From: Angustibacter luteus
GTDB taxonomy: Bacteria > Actinomycetota > Actinomycetes > Actinomycetales > Angustibacteraceae
NCBI RefSeq assembly: GCF_039541115.1
Contig: NZ_BAABFP010000005.1
Coordinates: forward strand, 372,001-436,000
Length of the DNA: 64,000 bases
Direction: 5' to 3'
In this document: positions 37,880 through 47,403 of the stretch, piece after piece
How positions within the stretch are numbered: position 1 is the stretch's first letter
Layout of the letters: each line of letters begins with the position of its first letter
Notes under the pieces: generated by a model
Seen by the model: only the letters and a program-made list of their open reading frames with translations
Databases searched by the model: none
What the model was told of the DNA's origin: nothing
Translations under genes and position numbers: made by a program

Positions 37880-38991
37880 TGGTCGACCCTGTCAGGTGGC
37901 GTCTCGCCGGCCGAGGTCGGGATGGCGGCCCGGGCGGCGTCCGCGTCCAGCCCGGTCAGCTCGAGCAGGTCGACGACCATGGAGCGCACCTGGGCGAGGA
38001 CCACGTCGTCGGACAGCGAGGTCCCGACCGGGACCGCGGCGGACTCCCGCGCGACCTGCTGGAGGAGCTCGCGCGAGTCGTCGGGGTCGCGCCGGTCCTC
38101 GAGGTCCGCCGCGATGGCCTCGATGACGTCTGCGAGGCGGCCGAGCAGGGTGAGGATGCGTGGGTCCAGCTGCTCGTGGCGGCGCACCACGACGGTGACC
38201 CGGCGCAGGAGCACGCGACCGTTGCGGACCGCCCGGTCCAGCATCACGGACAGCGCGGACATGGCCAGCAGGTCGCTGCGGTGCCCGCGGCGCCACGGTG
38301 AGGAGCGGGCGATGGACAGCCCGTCGTAGGCGGCGGCCTGGACGTCGGCGAGCTGGCCTTCGCTGTTGCGCGCCCGGGCGAGCGTCGCGTAGGCCAGCTC
38401 CTCGTCCTGCTCGCGCACCGCCCGGACCGTGTCGTGGCACCAGGCGGCGAGCTCGCGCAGCACCGAGGCGGCCTCCTGCCGGGGGCGGCGCAGCGGCGAG
38501 CCCGGCACCACGGCGGCGGCGACCAGGGCGACGATCCCGCCGCAGACGGCGTCCAGCCAACGGCCCAGCCCGGCGACCGGGCCGGGCGCCAGGGTCGCCA
38601 CGATGGCGGACTGCACACCGGCCTGGGTGACCAGCAGGGGTCCGGCGTCCAGCAGCAGCGCCAGCGTCATCGCCAGGCCGACCACCACGAAGACCTGGAT
38701 GGCACCGACGCCGAAGACCTCGACGAACAGGTCCCCGACGAGCACGCCCAGGGCGACCCCGACGGTGACCTCGGCGACCCGCTGCAGCCGCTGCTGGTAG
38801 CTCAGGCCGAGCGAGACGATGGCGGCGACCGGCGCGAAGAACGGCTGGCGGTGGCCGAGCGCGTAGCGGGCGAGCAGCCAGGCCACCGCGGCGGCGGTCG
38901 CGCACTGCGCGAGGTGCCAGCCGTACCGGCGCAGCAGGGTGACCCGGTCCGACCAGCTGGCCGCCGCGCGCTGCCCTACCCGTGAAGCCAC
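37876..38991 (-). CDS. FUSC / aromatic acid exporter family protein
   Basis: QCATAAAVAW, PFFAPVAA, GVALG, LDRAVRNGRVL. Confidence 0.82.
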   Translation of the reverse strand: MASRVGQRAAASWSDRVTLLRRYGWHLAQCATAAAVAWLLARYALGHRQPFFAPVAAIVSLGLSYQQRLQRVAEVTVGVALGVLVGDLFVEVFGVGAIQVFVVVGLAMTLALLLDAGPLLVTQAGVQSAIVATLAPGPVAGLGRWLDAVCGGIVALVAAAVVPGSPLRRPRQEAASVLRELAAWCHDTVRAVREQDEELAYATLARARNSEGQLADVQAAAYDGLSIARSSPWRRGHRSDLLAMSALSVMLDRAVRNGRVLLRRVTVVVRRHEQLDPRILTLLGRLADVIEAIAADLEDRRDPDDSRELLQQVARESAAVPVGTSLSDDVVLAQVRSMVVDLLELTGLDADAARAAIPTSAGETPPDRVDQ

Positions 38992-39012
38992 GCCCCCCAG
39001 CCTCCCGCGACC

Positions 39013-40461
39013 TCAGCCGGTGCGCTCGGCCAGCCCCTGCAGGGCCTGGGTGAAGCACTCCTGCGGCGGGCTGACCAGGCCGGCGCCGACCTGTCCGGTC
39101 CCCGCGACGCGCCCGGCCATGCCCGTGTTGATCACGGGCAGGATCGACGTCCGGACCACGGCGGTGACGTCGATGCCGGTCGGTGTGCCGCGGAAGCCCA
39201 GCACCGGGATCTGGTAGATCGGGTGCTCGCCCAGCGTGATGTCGTACATCCGCCGGGTAGTGGCCAGGGCGTCGTCCGCCTCGCCGCCGACGAACTTCAC
39301 GATGGCGGGCGCGGCGGCCATCGCGAACCCGCCGATGCCGCCCGTCTCGGTGATGGCCGAGTCGCCGATGTCGGGATTGGCGTCGTCGGGGCCGAAGTCG
39401 CCCAGGAACAGCCCCTGCGGGGTGTTCGCCGGGGCGGTGAACCAGTCGTCGCCGGTGCCGGAGACCTGGATGCCGAAGTCGGTGCCGTTGCGGGCCATCG
39501 CGACCACGAGGGTCGAGCCGGGGACGTCGCGACCGGCGTCCAGGGCGAGCTTGCAGGCGGGCATGACGAGGTTCAGGAAGAAGTGGTCGTTCCCGTTGCA
39601 GAACCGGACCACGTCCGCGACGTCGGACGGCGGGGCGCCCAGGTCCAGCAGCTCGGGCACCAGCTCGCGGACCAGCATCATGGTGCCGGCCCGGTTGCGG
39701 TTGTGGCCCTCGTCGCCCATCTGCAGCATCTGCGCCACGATTGCGCGGATGTCCAGCGGTCCCGCGCGCTCGACACGGCGGCGGACGGCCTGCTGCAGCA
39801 GCGGCCCGAGCACCGCGGACATCCAGCGCAGCCGGTCGATCACGTCGGGCCCGTACGCGCCGTACCGCAGCACCTTGCCGAGGCCCTCGTTCAGCGTGCA
39901 GAACGCGGTGCCGCCGTGCACCGGATCACGCAGCACGAAACCCCACTGGGACGGGGAGATGACCCCGGCCATCGGACCGACCGCCGCGTGGTGGTGGCAC
40001 GAGTCCAGTGAGATGCCTTCTCCCGAAAGAGCCTGTCCCGCAACGAGTCCAGCCTCGGCGTCGGCGGGGTCGCCGGCGAGGCCCTCGAGCACCATCGCGC
40101 CGATCAGGGCGCCGCGCAGGGGCCCGGAGGCCCGTTCGAAGTCGATGGGCGGCCCGGCGTGCAGGAACGAGCCAGGGCGCAGGCCCAGCGCCTGGGAAGC
40201 CGGGACGACGTCCACCAGCTCGGCGCCGGCCGCGAGCACCCGGGACAGTGCGGTCGCGTTCGCTGTGACGCGCCGCGGGTCGGTCAGCACGGCACCCAGC
40301 TGGGCGGGCACCTCGGCGCCGCCCAGCGGGGGCCGCCAGTCGACCCGGTGCACATCGACCGCCTGCGCGCTCAGGGCGTCGGCGAGCAGGTCGACGCCAG
40401 CGGTGACCACGGACGTCGGGGCGTCGGTCAGCAGGCCCCGCAGGTCGCTCAGGCCGGTCAC
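39013..40461 (-). CDS. DUF1116 protein (YlbE/AllG/YahG-like)
   Basis: LHAGPP, CHHHAAVGPMAG, NEGLGKVLRYGAY, MGDEGHNRN, DHFFLNL, ARNG, DIGDSAITETGG, INTGMA. Confidence 0.9.
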   Translation of the reverse strand: MTGLSDLRGLLTDAPTSVVTAGVDLLADALSAQAVDVHRVDWRPPLGGAEVPAQLGAVLTDPRRVTANATALSRVLAAGAELVDVVPASQALGLRPGSFLHAGPPIDFERASGPLRGALIGAMVLEGLAGDPADAEAGLVAGQALSGEGISLDSCHHHAAVGPMAGVISPSQWGFVLRDPVHGGTAFCTLNEGLGKVLRYGAYGPDVIDRLRWMSAVLGPLLQQAVRRRVERAGPLDIRAIVAQMLQMGDEGHNRNRAGTMMLVRELVPELLDLGAPPSDVADVVRFCNGNDHFFLNLVMPACKLALDAGRDVPGSTLVVAMARNGTDFGIQVSGTGDDWFTAPANTPQGLFLGDFGPDDANPDIGDSAITETGGIGGFAMAAAPAIVKFVGGEADDALATTRRMYDITLGEHPIYQIPVLGFRGTPTGIDVTAVVRTSILPVINTGMAGRVAGTGQVGAGLVSPPQECFTQALQGLAERTG

Positions 40462-41984
40462 GACGCCTCCTCGGGCCGGACGAGCGCCGCGGCGGCCCGG
40501 GCTGCGGCAGCGTTGGACAGGTACACGTCGGCGCCGGCCGCCGCCAGCCGCTGCGCCTGGTCGTCGCGGCCCTGCGGGTCGCCGGTCGTCCCGGTCAGCG
40601 ACACCACGACGGCAAGGGCCCGGCCGGCCGCACCGGCCGCGGCCCGGGCCGCCGCGATCGCCGGGGCCAGCTCGATCGCCGGGTCCGGGTGCGCACCGTG
40701 GCCGAGGACGACGTCCAGCAGCACGGCACCGACCCGCGGGTCGGCCGCCTCCCGGGCCAGCCGCTGGTCGCGCAGCGACGGGTCGATCATCGGGTGCGCT
40801 CGACCCTGGGTCAGCGCGTCGTCGCCGAAGTCGACCATGGCGTGGGCGGTGCCGGCGTCCCAGCGGCCGTCCCCGCGCACGTCCAGCGCGAGCTCGGTCG
40901 ACAGCGGGATGTTCGACCGGATCGGGCCCAGCCGCTCCGCGGCCACCAGCATCGCCTCGTCGCACAGGGTGCCGCCGCAGAACAGACCGCGCAGTGCGCG
41001 GCCGGGGGAGCGTGGCTGGGCGTCGGGCGCACGCCACACCGGCCACGTGACGCCGGTGACGCCGAGCCGGTCGAGCGTCGCCGTCGCCACCTCGGTGAGG
41101 TCGCGGCGTCCGGCACCCAGCGTCGCCCACTCGACGGCGACGTCCAGACCGCCGACGAGCTCCTGCAGGTCGTCCAGCACGCCCGGGTCGGCGGGCTTGC
41201 TCACCAGCACGACGAGCTCGGTCGCGTCGTCGCCGGCCAGCGCGGTCAGCGCCTGCCGGGCGGACCGTCCGCCGACCGCCGCGCTCAGGTCGCGCCCCCC
41301 GAGGCCCAGGCAGTGCCGGACGCCCACCCCGGCGTGGTCCAGCAGCGCCATCAGGTGCTGGGCGCCGGTGCCGGACGCCGCCACCAGGGAGACCGGCCCC
41401 GGCTGGACGACGTTCGCGAACCCGAGGCCCAGCCCGCCGAGCACCGCGGTCCCGCAGTCCGGGCCCATCACCAGCACGTCGTGCTCGGCGGCGGCGTCCT
41501 TCAGGGCCACCTCCTGCGGGACGCTCACGTTGTCGCTGAACACCAGGACGCTCGACCCGGCCGTGATCGCGTCCATCGCCTCAGCGACGGCGGACGGGCC
41601 GGGCACCGAGACCACGACCACCGGGGCCGGGCTGCGCCGCAGGGCGACGCCGGTGGTGCGGGCCGGTTCGAGCGTGCTGGAACCGACGGTCGACACCGCC
41701 GGAGCCAGGGCCGTGACCAGGGCCGCCAGCGCGTCCTGCACCGCGGAGTCGTCGTCCGCCCGGAGCGCGACCACCAGGTCCGCGGGCGCCGTGCCCTCGG
41801 GAACGACGAAACCCATGCCGGCGAGGACCTCGACGTTCAGCGGGGTGGCCATCGCGACCTGCGCCGCCTGGACCCCGGGCACGTCCGCCACCCTGCGGCT
41901 GACCTGCAGCAGGGTCACGGAGTCGTGGTAGGCCCCGCTGCGGACCTCGACGTGCTCGACTCGCTCCATGCCGGCAGGGCTCAT
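40458..41984 (-). CDS. fdrA: FdrA family acyl-CoA-synthetase-like protein (AllF-like)
   Basis: YHDSVTLL, MATPLN, FSDNV, MGPDCGT, ASGTG, GGRDLS, GLFCGGTLC, TQGRAHPMIDP, DVVLGHGAHPDP. Confidence 0.9.
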   Translation of the reverse strand: MSPAGMERVEHVEVRSGAYHDSVTLLQVSRRVADVPGVQAAQVAMATPLNVEVLAGMGFVVPEGTAPADLVVALRADDDSAVQDALAALVTALAPAVSTVGSSTLEPARTTGVALRRSPAPVVVVSVPGPSAVAEAMDAITAGSSVLVFSDNVSVPQEVALKDAAAEHDVLVMGPDCGTAVLGGLGLGFANVVQPGPVSLVAASGTGAQHLMALLDHAGVGVRHCLGLGGRDLSAAVGGRSARQALTALAGDDATELVVLVSKPADPGVLDDLQELVGGLDVAVEWATLGAGRRDLTEVATATLDRLGVTGVTWPVWRAPDAQPRSPGRALRGLFCGGTLCDEAMLVAAERLGPIRSNIPLSTELALDVRGDGRWDAGTAHAMVDFGDDALTQGRAHPMIDPSLRDQRLAREAADPRVGAVLLDVVLGHGAHPDPAIELAPAIAAARAAAGAAGRALAVVVSLTGTTGDPQGRDDQAQRLAAAGADVYLSNAAAARAAAALVRPEEAS

Positions 41985-42763
41985 GCGGCCAGCCTGCCCC
42001 ATCGCACGGACGCGACCAGGTCGGCGCCGGCCAGGGTGGCCGCCCCCGAGCTGGCGCCGAGCGCCCGCACGGCCGCGCGGTTCCCCTCGGTCGGCCGGTG
42101 CAGGGCCCGGACGACGACGCGCGTCGCCAACCCACCGGCGGCGTGCCGCAGCAGCTCCGCGGACAGCGGCGTCGTCCGGGCAGCGGCCGCAGCGGTGACG
42201 GCCCGGCCCACCTGGTCCAGCACCGCTGCGCCCGGACCCGGCCGGGCCTGCGCGGCCAGCAGCAGGCCGGCCACCGCGTCGTCGGCGGCCGGGGTCGATC
42301 CCGGCCCGCGGCCGAGCACACCGCACAGCAGATCGGCCGTGGCGGGCGCGTCGTGCTCGGCGAGCGCGCTGACCGCGGCTCGCAGGGCCCGCCAGGTCAC
42401 CGCGTCGAGGCCACCGGGGTCCGCCGGACGTGGCGAGGCAGGCCCTGGCTCGCGGGGGAGCACCCGGGCCGGCGACCACCAGCGGCTGACCTGCACCCAG
42501 CACGACGGGAGCTGCAGCCCGAAGCTGTTGATCATGACCTCGTCCCCGACCACGACAGCACCGGCCGCGACGACCGTGGCCAACGCGGGGGCCAGCACAG
42601 CGCAGGGCAACGACGCGGGGCCGGGATGGAGGTCCAGCACGAGGAGTCGCGGGCCGGGCAACGCCACGGAGACCGCGCCAGAGCCGACCCGCACCACCTG
42701 GCCCGTCCCGCCGCCGAACGCGTCGAGCAGGGCGGTGCTGCCCGCACCCGCCACCAAGCCCAT
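41981..42763 (-). CDS. DUF2877 protein (YlbF/AllH-like)
   Basis: LGRGPGSTPAADD, RTTPLS, GASSG motifs; ATGA-coupled to fdrA. Confidence 0.82.
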   Translation of the reverse strand: MGLVAGAGSTALLDAFGGGTGQVVRVGSGAVSVALPGPRLLVLDLHPGPASLPCAVLAPALATVVAAGAVVVGDEVMINSFGLQLPSCWVQVSRWWSPARVLPREPGPASPRPADPGGLDAVTWRALRAAVSALAEHDAPATADLLCGVLGRGPGSTPAADDAVAGLLLAAQARPGPGAAVLDQVGRAVTAAAAARTTPLSAELLRHAAGGLATRVVVRALHRPTEGNRAAVRALGASSGAATLAGADLVASVRWGRLAA

Positions 42764-42797
42764 GACGCGACGCTACCGAGCACCTAGGCTGCCCCCC

Positions 42798-44408
42798 ATG
42801 ACGAGAGTTGCCGAAGATCGCCTCATCCTCGGGTCCGGGTTGCCGAGGGACGACGAGCGACCTTCCACGTACGGCATCTCGGTCCGCGAGGCCCTCGACC
42901 TCCCGGCGCTCGCCGGGACCCAGGTGCTCGCCGGTGCCACCGGGCTCGGCCGGCACGTCCTGCGGCTCGGCGTCTGGGAGACCCCGGACGTCCTGCCGTT
43001 CACCCGCGAGGACGAGCTCCTGGTCACCACCGGGTACCCGCTGCTCGAGCGGCGCGACGAGCTGGCCGACCGGTTCGCAGAGCTCGCCGAGGCCGGCGTG
43101 GTGGCCGTCGCGGTGAAGCTCGGCGCCTACGTGGAGTCCCTGCCGGCCGACGTCCTGGAGCGGGCCGACCGCATCGGCCTGCCGGTGCTGGCGCTGCCCG
43201 CGGCGGTCTCGCTGGACGACGTGCTCAACCAGGTGCTCAGCGCGGTCCTCGGCCGCCAGGCCGCCCTGCTCGCCCGCAGCGAGGAGATCCACCGCGCCCT
43301 CGTCCAGGTCGTCCTGGGCGGCGGAGGACTGCCCGAGGTGGCCAACGCCATCGCCGACGGACTCGGGCTGTCGGTCCTGGTGACCAGCCCGACCGGTCAG
43401 GTCCTGGCCGAGGCCGGCCCGCCGACGTCCGCCGACCAGTCCGACGACCAGGTCGAGGTCCCGATCGTGGCGGGCGGGATGTCGCACGGCACCGTCGTGG
43501 CGCTGTCCCGCAGTGGGCCCATCGACCCCCCGGACGTGCACGCCCTGGAGCGCGCCGCCGTCGTCTGCGCCCTCGTCGCCGTCAAGCAGCAGGCCGTCAG
43601 CGCCGTCGAGGAGCGCTACCAGGCGGACTTCCTGCGCGACGTCCTGCTCGGCCGGTTCGACGACAGCGAAGCCGCGGTCCGGCACGGCGCGTCGCTCGGC
43701 TGGCAGCTGGACCGCCCGCTCGTCGTGGTGACGGCCCAGCCGGACAGCGACCCGCGACCGGGCGCGGCACGCGAGCCGGTCACCGACCGGATGGCCAGCG
43801 CCTGGCGCGCGCACCTGCGGACCCGGGACCCGCGGGCGGCCGTGTGCGGGTTCGCCTCCGAGGTGGTCGCCCTCGTCGGAGCGCCCGGGGACGGCGACGT
43901 CGAGCGGCTCGTCCGCGACCTGACGGCGGCCGTCCGCGAGCCGGGTGCGGCCAGCGGAGGGCGGCGCGGGTTCACCGTGGGCGTGAGCCGGGTGGTGACC
44001 GGGATCGCCGGTCTGGCCGTGGCGTACGAGCAGTCGCGCACCTGCGTCCGGGTCTCCCGGCAGGTGCACGGACCCGGTGGAGTCGCGCACTTCGACCGGC
44101 TCGGGGTGCACCGGCTGCTCAGCCTGGTGCCCGACAGCCACGAGCTGCGCACCTTCCTCGACGAGACGCTGAAGGAGCTGGCGAAGCCGACCGCCGAGGC
44201 GCGGGACCTGCGGCGCACCCTGGAGGCGCTGCTGGACACCAACCTGAACGTCGCCGAGACCGCCCGCCGGCTGCACTTCCACTACAACACGCTGCGCTAC
44301 CGGATCGGCAAGCTCGAGCGCATCCTCGGACCGTTCACCGAGGACGCCGACCTGCGGCTGGACCTGGCCCTGGCGCTGCGCATCATGCCGATGCGCGGAC
44401 TCGGCTGA
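42798..44408 (+). CDS. PucR/CdaR-family transcriptional regulator
   Basis: N-terminal PucR domain (VLAGATGL, ELLVTTG); C-terminal HTH TARRLHFHYNTLRYRI. Confidence 0.93.
   Translation: MTRVAEDRLILGSGLPRDDERPSTYGISVREALDLPALAGTQVLAGATGLGRHVLRLGVWETPDVLPFTREDELLVTTGYPLLERRDELADRFAELAEAGVVAVAVKLGAYVESLPADVLERADRIGLPVLALPAAVSLDDVLNQVLSAVLGRQAALLARSEEIHRALVQVVLGGGGLPEVANAIADGLGLSVLVTSPTGQVLAEAGPPTSADQSDDQVEVPIVAGGMSHGTVVALSRSGPIDPPDVHALERAAVVCALVAVKQQAVSAVEERYQADFLRDVLLGRFDDSEAAVRHGASLGWQLDRPLVVVTAQPDSDPRPGAAREPVTDRMASAWRAHLRTRDPRAAVCGFASEVVALVGAPGDGDVERLVRDLTAAVREPGAASGGRRGFTVGVSRVVTGIAGLAVAYEQSRTCVRVSRQVHGPGGVAHFDRLGVHRLLSLVPDSHELRTFLDETLKELAKPTAEARDLRRTLEALLDTNLNVAETARRLHFHYNTLRYRIGKLERILGPFTEDADLRLDLALALRIMPMRGLG
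42799..42814 (-). promoter_or_regulatory. Putative regulon operator, copy 1 (-51..-36 of the DUF2877 start)
   Basis: TCGGCAACTCTCGTCA, 23 nt upstream of TAGCGT -10. Confidence 0.6.
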
Positions 44409-44466
44409 CCGATCGTTCGGCGCCGCCTCCCACGCCTGGACCTCACCTCGCGCCATGCTGACCCCA

Positions 44467-44482
44467 CGTGACGCGGGTCACA
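44467..44482. promoter_or_regulatory. CRP/GlxR-like site upstream of the permease
   Basis: CGTGA-cgcggg-TCACA versus consensus TGTGA-N6-TCACA. Confidence 0.5.
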
Positions 44483-44522
44483 CGGCTCGCGTCGTCCGGT
44501 CAAGGGCCGAGAGGACACGCGC

Positions 44523-45983
44523 ATGGCGATCGGATGGACTCTGCACGGCGACGGCAAGACGCTCGCCCCCGGTGAGGTCGTCGCTCCGAACGAACGGTTG
44601 TCGTGGGGCCGGACCGTAGGCCTGGGCGCCCAGCACGTCGTCGCCATGTTCGGCGCGACGTTCGTCTTCCCGCTGATCATGGGACTCAACCCCCAGCTCG
44701 CGATCCTGATGAGCGGCGTCGCGACGATCTGCTTCCTGCTCATCGTGAACGGCAAGGTGCCCAGCTACCTGGGCACGTCGGCGTCGTTCGTCGGCGGCGT
44801 CGCCGCGATCCGCGCCCAGGGCGGGAACTCGGCGCAGGTCACCGGCTCGATCCTGGTGGCGGGCGCGGTCCTGGCCCTGGTCGGCGTGATCATCCACTTC
44901 GCGGGTTCCCGGGTCATCTACAAGGTCCTGCCGCCGGCGGTGACCGGCGCCGTCGTCATGCTCATCGGCTTCAACCTGGCGCCCGTCGTGGCCCAGATCT
45001 ACTGGCCGCAGGACCAGTGGATCGGGCTGATCGTGATGACGGCGGTGATCGCGATGAGCGTCGGTCTGCGCGGGTTCGCCGGGCGCATCTCGATCTTCCT
45101 CGGCCTGGTGCTCGGCTTCGTGCTGTCCTGGCTGTTCGACAAGGGCTTCGGGCAGATCACGTCCTACGACGCGAGCGCCGGCAAGGTGACCACGCACTGG
45201 CGGGTGAACCTGGACACCGTCGTGTCGTCGAACACGCACTGGTTCGGCTTCCCGCCCAAGTCGGACACGGCGGCCGGCATCGTGGGCTACCACCTGCCCG
45301 AGTTCAAGTGGGCGTTCGTGCTCCTGGTCCTTCCGGCGGTCATCGCCCTGATCGCCGAGAACACGGGGCACGTCAAGGCGGTGGCCGAGATGACCCGGAC
45401 GGACCTGGACCCGGTGATGGGCCGCGCCATCGCCGCCGACGGCTTCGGCACCGTCCTCGCCAGCGCGGTCGGCGGCAGCCCGACGACCACCTACGCAGAG
45501 AACATCGGCGTCATGGCGGCGACCCGGGTCTACTCGACGGCTGCGTACTTCGTAGCGGCGGCGGTCGCGATCCTGTTCGGCTTCTCCCCGAAGTTCGGCG
45601 CCCTGGTCTCGGCGACGCCCGGCGGTGTGCTCGGCGGGATCACCGTCGTGCTCTACGGGATGATCGGCCTGCTCGGCGCCAAGATCTGGAAGGAGAACAA
45701 CGTCGACTTCGGGAACCCGATCAACCTGGTCCCGATCGCCGCGGGCATCATCATCGCCATCGGTGACGTGAGCCTGAAGATCACCGACTCGTTCACCCTG
45801 TCGGGCATCGCGTTCGGCACGATCGTCACGATCCTCGCCTACCACATGGCCCACGCGCTGGCCCCCGCTCATCTCCGGGAGGCCGCCGACCACGGCCAGT
45901 CGATCGACGAGGGCCCGTCGCTGGTGCTGAACGACCCGGGCATGTACGTGGAGGGCGATGACGACGGACGTCACCGCGGGTGA
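44523..45983 (+). CDS. NCS2 uracil/xanthine permease (UraA/RutG-like)
   Basis: QHVVAMFGAT, PSYLGTSASF, ENTGH, TTTYAENIGV (UraA-type signature). Confidence 0.92.
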   Translation: MAIGWTLHGDGKTLAPGEVVAPNERLSWGRTVGLGAQHVVAMFGATFVFPLIMGLNPQLAILMSGVATICFLLIVNGKVPSYLGTSASFVGGVAAIRAQGGNSAQVTGSILVAGAVLALVGVIIHFAGSRVIYKVLPPAVTGAVVMLIGFNLAPVVAQIYWPQDQWIGLIVMTAVIAMSVGLRGFAGRISIFLGLVLGFVLSWLFDKGFGQITSYDASAGKVTTHWRVNLDTVVSSNTHWFGFPPKSDTAAGIVGYHLPEFKWAFVLLVLPAVIALIAENTGHVKAVAEMTRTDLDPVMGRAIAADGFGTVLASAVGGSPTTTYAENIGVMAATRVYSTAAYFVAAAVAILFGFSPKFGALVSATPGGVLGGITVVLYGMIGLLGAKIWKENNVDFGNPINLVPIAAGIIIAIGDVSLKITDSFTLSGIAFGTIVTILAYHMAHALAPAHLREAADHGQSIDEGPSLVLNDPGMYVEGDDDGRHRG

Positions 45984-45999
45984 TCGGCAACTCCTGACG
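45984..45999 (+). promoter_or_regulatory. Putative regulon operator, copy 2 (-51..-36 of the FAD subunit start)
   Basis: TCGGCAACTCCTGACG, 23 nt upstream of CAAGAT -10. Confidence 0.6.
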
Positions 46000-46034
46000 A
46001 CGCAGCCCGCTGGTTCACAGGGCAAGATCGGCCC

Positions 46035-46886
46035 ATGAAGCCCGCGCCGTTCACCTACCACCGGCCGGCCGGCCTGGACGAGGCGCTGGACGTCCTCGAC
46101 CAGGTCGGCTCGGACGGCAAGGTGCTGGCTGGTGGGCAGAGCCTGCTGCCGCTGCTGTCCATGCGGCTGGCCGCGCCCGCGCACCTGGTGGACGTCAACC
46201 ACCTGCCCGGGCTGGACGTCGTCGAGGTCACGGCGGACGTCGTCCGCTGTGGTGCGCTGGTGCGGCACACCGACCTGCTGCGCCACCCCGCTGCCTTCGA
46301 CGCCCAGCCGCTGCTGCGGCGGGCGCTGCAGCACGTGGCGCACCCCACCATCCGCAACCGCGGCACGACCGTGGGCAGCATCTGCCACGCCGACCCGGCG
46401 GCCGAGATGCCGGCGGTGACCCTGCTCCTGGGCGGAACGCTGGTGGTGCGCTCACGGCGCGGCGAGCGGCGGATCGCGGCAGCGGACCTGTTCGCCGGGC
46501 CGTTGGAGACGACGCTGGCCACGGACGAGCTCGCGGTGGCCGTCGAGTGGCCGGTGACGGCGCCGAGGGAGAGCACCGCGATCGTCGAGGTCTCGCGCCG
46601 GCACGGCGACTACGCCGTGTGCGGTGTCGCGGCGCAGGTCCGGGTCGACGAGGACGGCACCGTGCGGGCAGCGCGCGCGGTCTACGTCTCGATGGGACTG
46701 ACCCCGCCGGTGCTCGACCTGACCGGAGCCGTTGCGGGGCAACACGTCGAGCGCGCGGACTGGGCCGGGGCCGCGGCGCTGGCCACCGAGCAGCTGGAGC
46801 CCGAGGCGGACATCCACGCCAGCGCCGACTACCGGCGTCACCTGGCCGGTGTGCTGACCCGGCGCGCGTTCGAGGAAGCAGGGTGA
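46035..46886 (+). CDS. Molybdenum hydroxylase FAD-binding subunit (CoxM/XdhB-like)
   Basis: MKPAPFTYHRP, LAGGQSL, IRNRGTTVGS..HADPAAE, RRHGDYA. Confidence 0.93.
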   Translation: MKPAPFTYHRPAGLDEALDVLDQVGSDGKVLAGGQSLLPLLSMRLAAPAHLVDVNHLPGLDVVEVTADVVRCGALVRHTDLLRHPAAFDAQPLLRRALQHVAHPTIRNRGTTVGSICHADPAAEMPAVTLLLGGTLVVRSRRGERRIAAADLFAGPLETTLATDELAVAVEWPVTAPRESTAIVEVSRRHGDYAVCGVAAQVRVDEDGTVRAARAVYVSMGLTPPVLDLTGAVAGQHVERADWAGAAALATEQLEPEADIHASADYRRHLAGVLTRRAFEEAG

Positions 46887-46893
46887 TCCGGCC

Positions 46894-47399
<506 letters not shown>

Positions 47400-47403
<4 letters not shown>

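Noticed and set aside
39013..42763. Standard allantoin (all) pathway
   Set aside because: No allantoinase, allantoate amidohydrolase or ureidoglycolate dehydrogenase in the window. It cannot be fully excluded if those genes lie elsewhere in the genome.
40458..44456. 1332-aa and 1239-aa ORFs read as giant fusion proteins
   Set aside because: Open-frame extensions of fdrA (real start about 41984) and pucR (about 42798); the extensions overlap other real genes.
46012..46030. GlnR box at GGTTCAC (also at 59049)
   Set aside because: No properly spaced second half-site; at 59049 it overlaps the -10 element.
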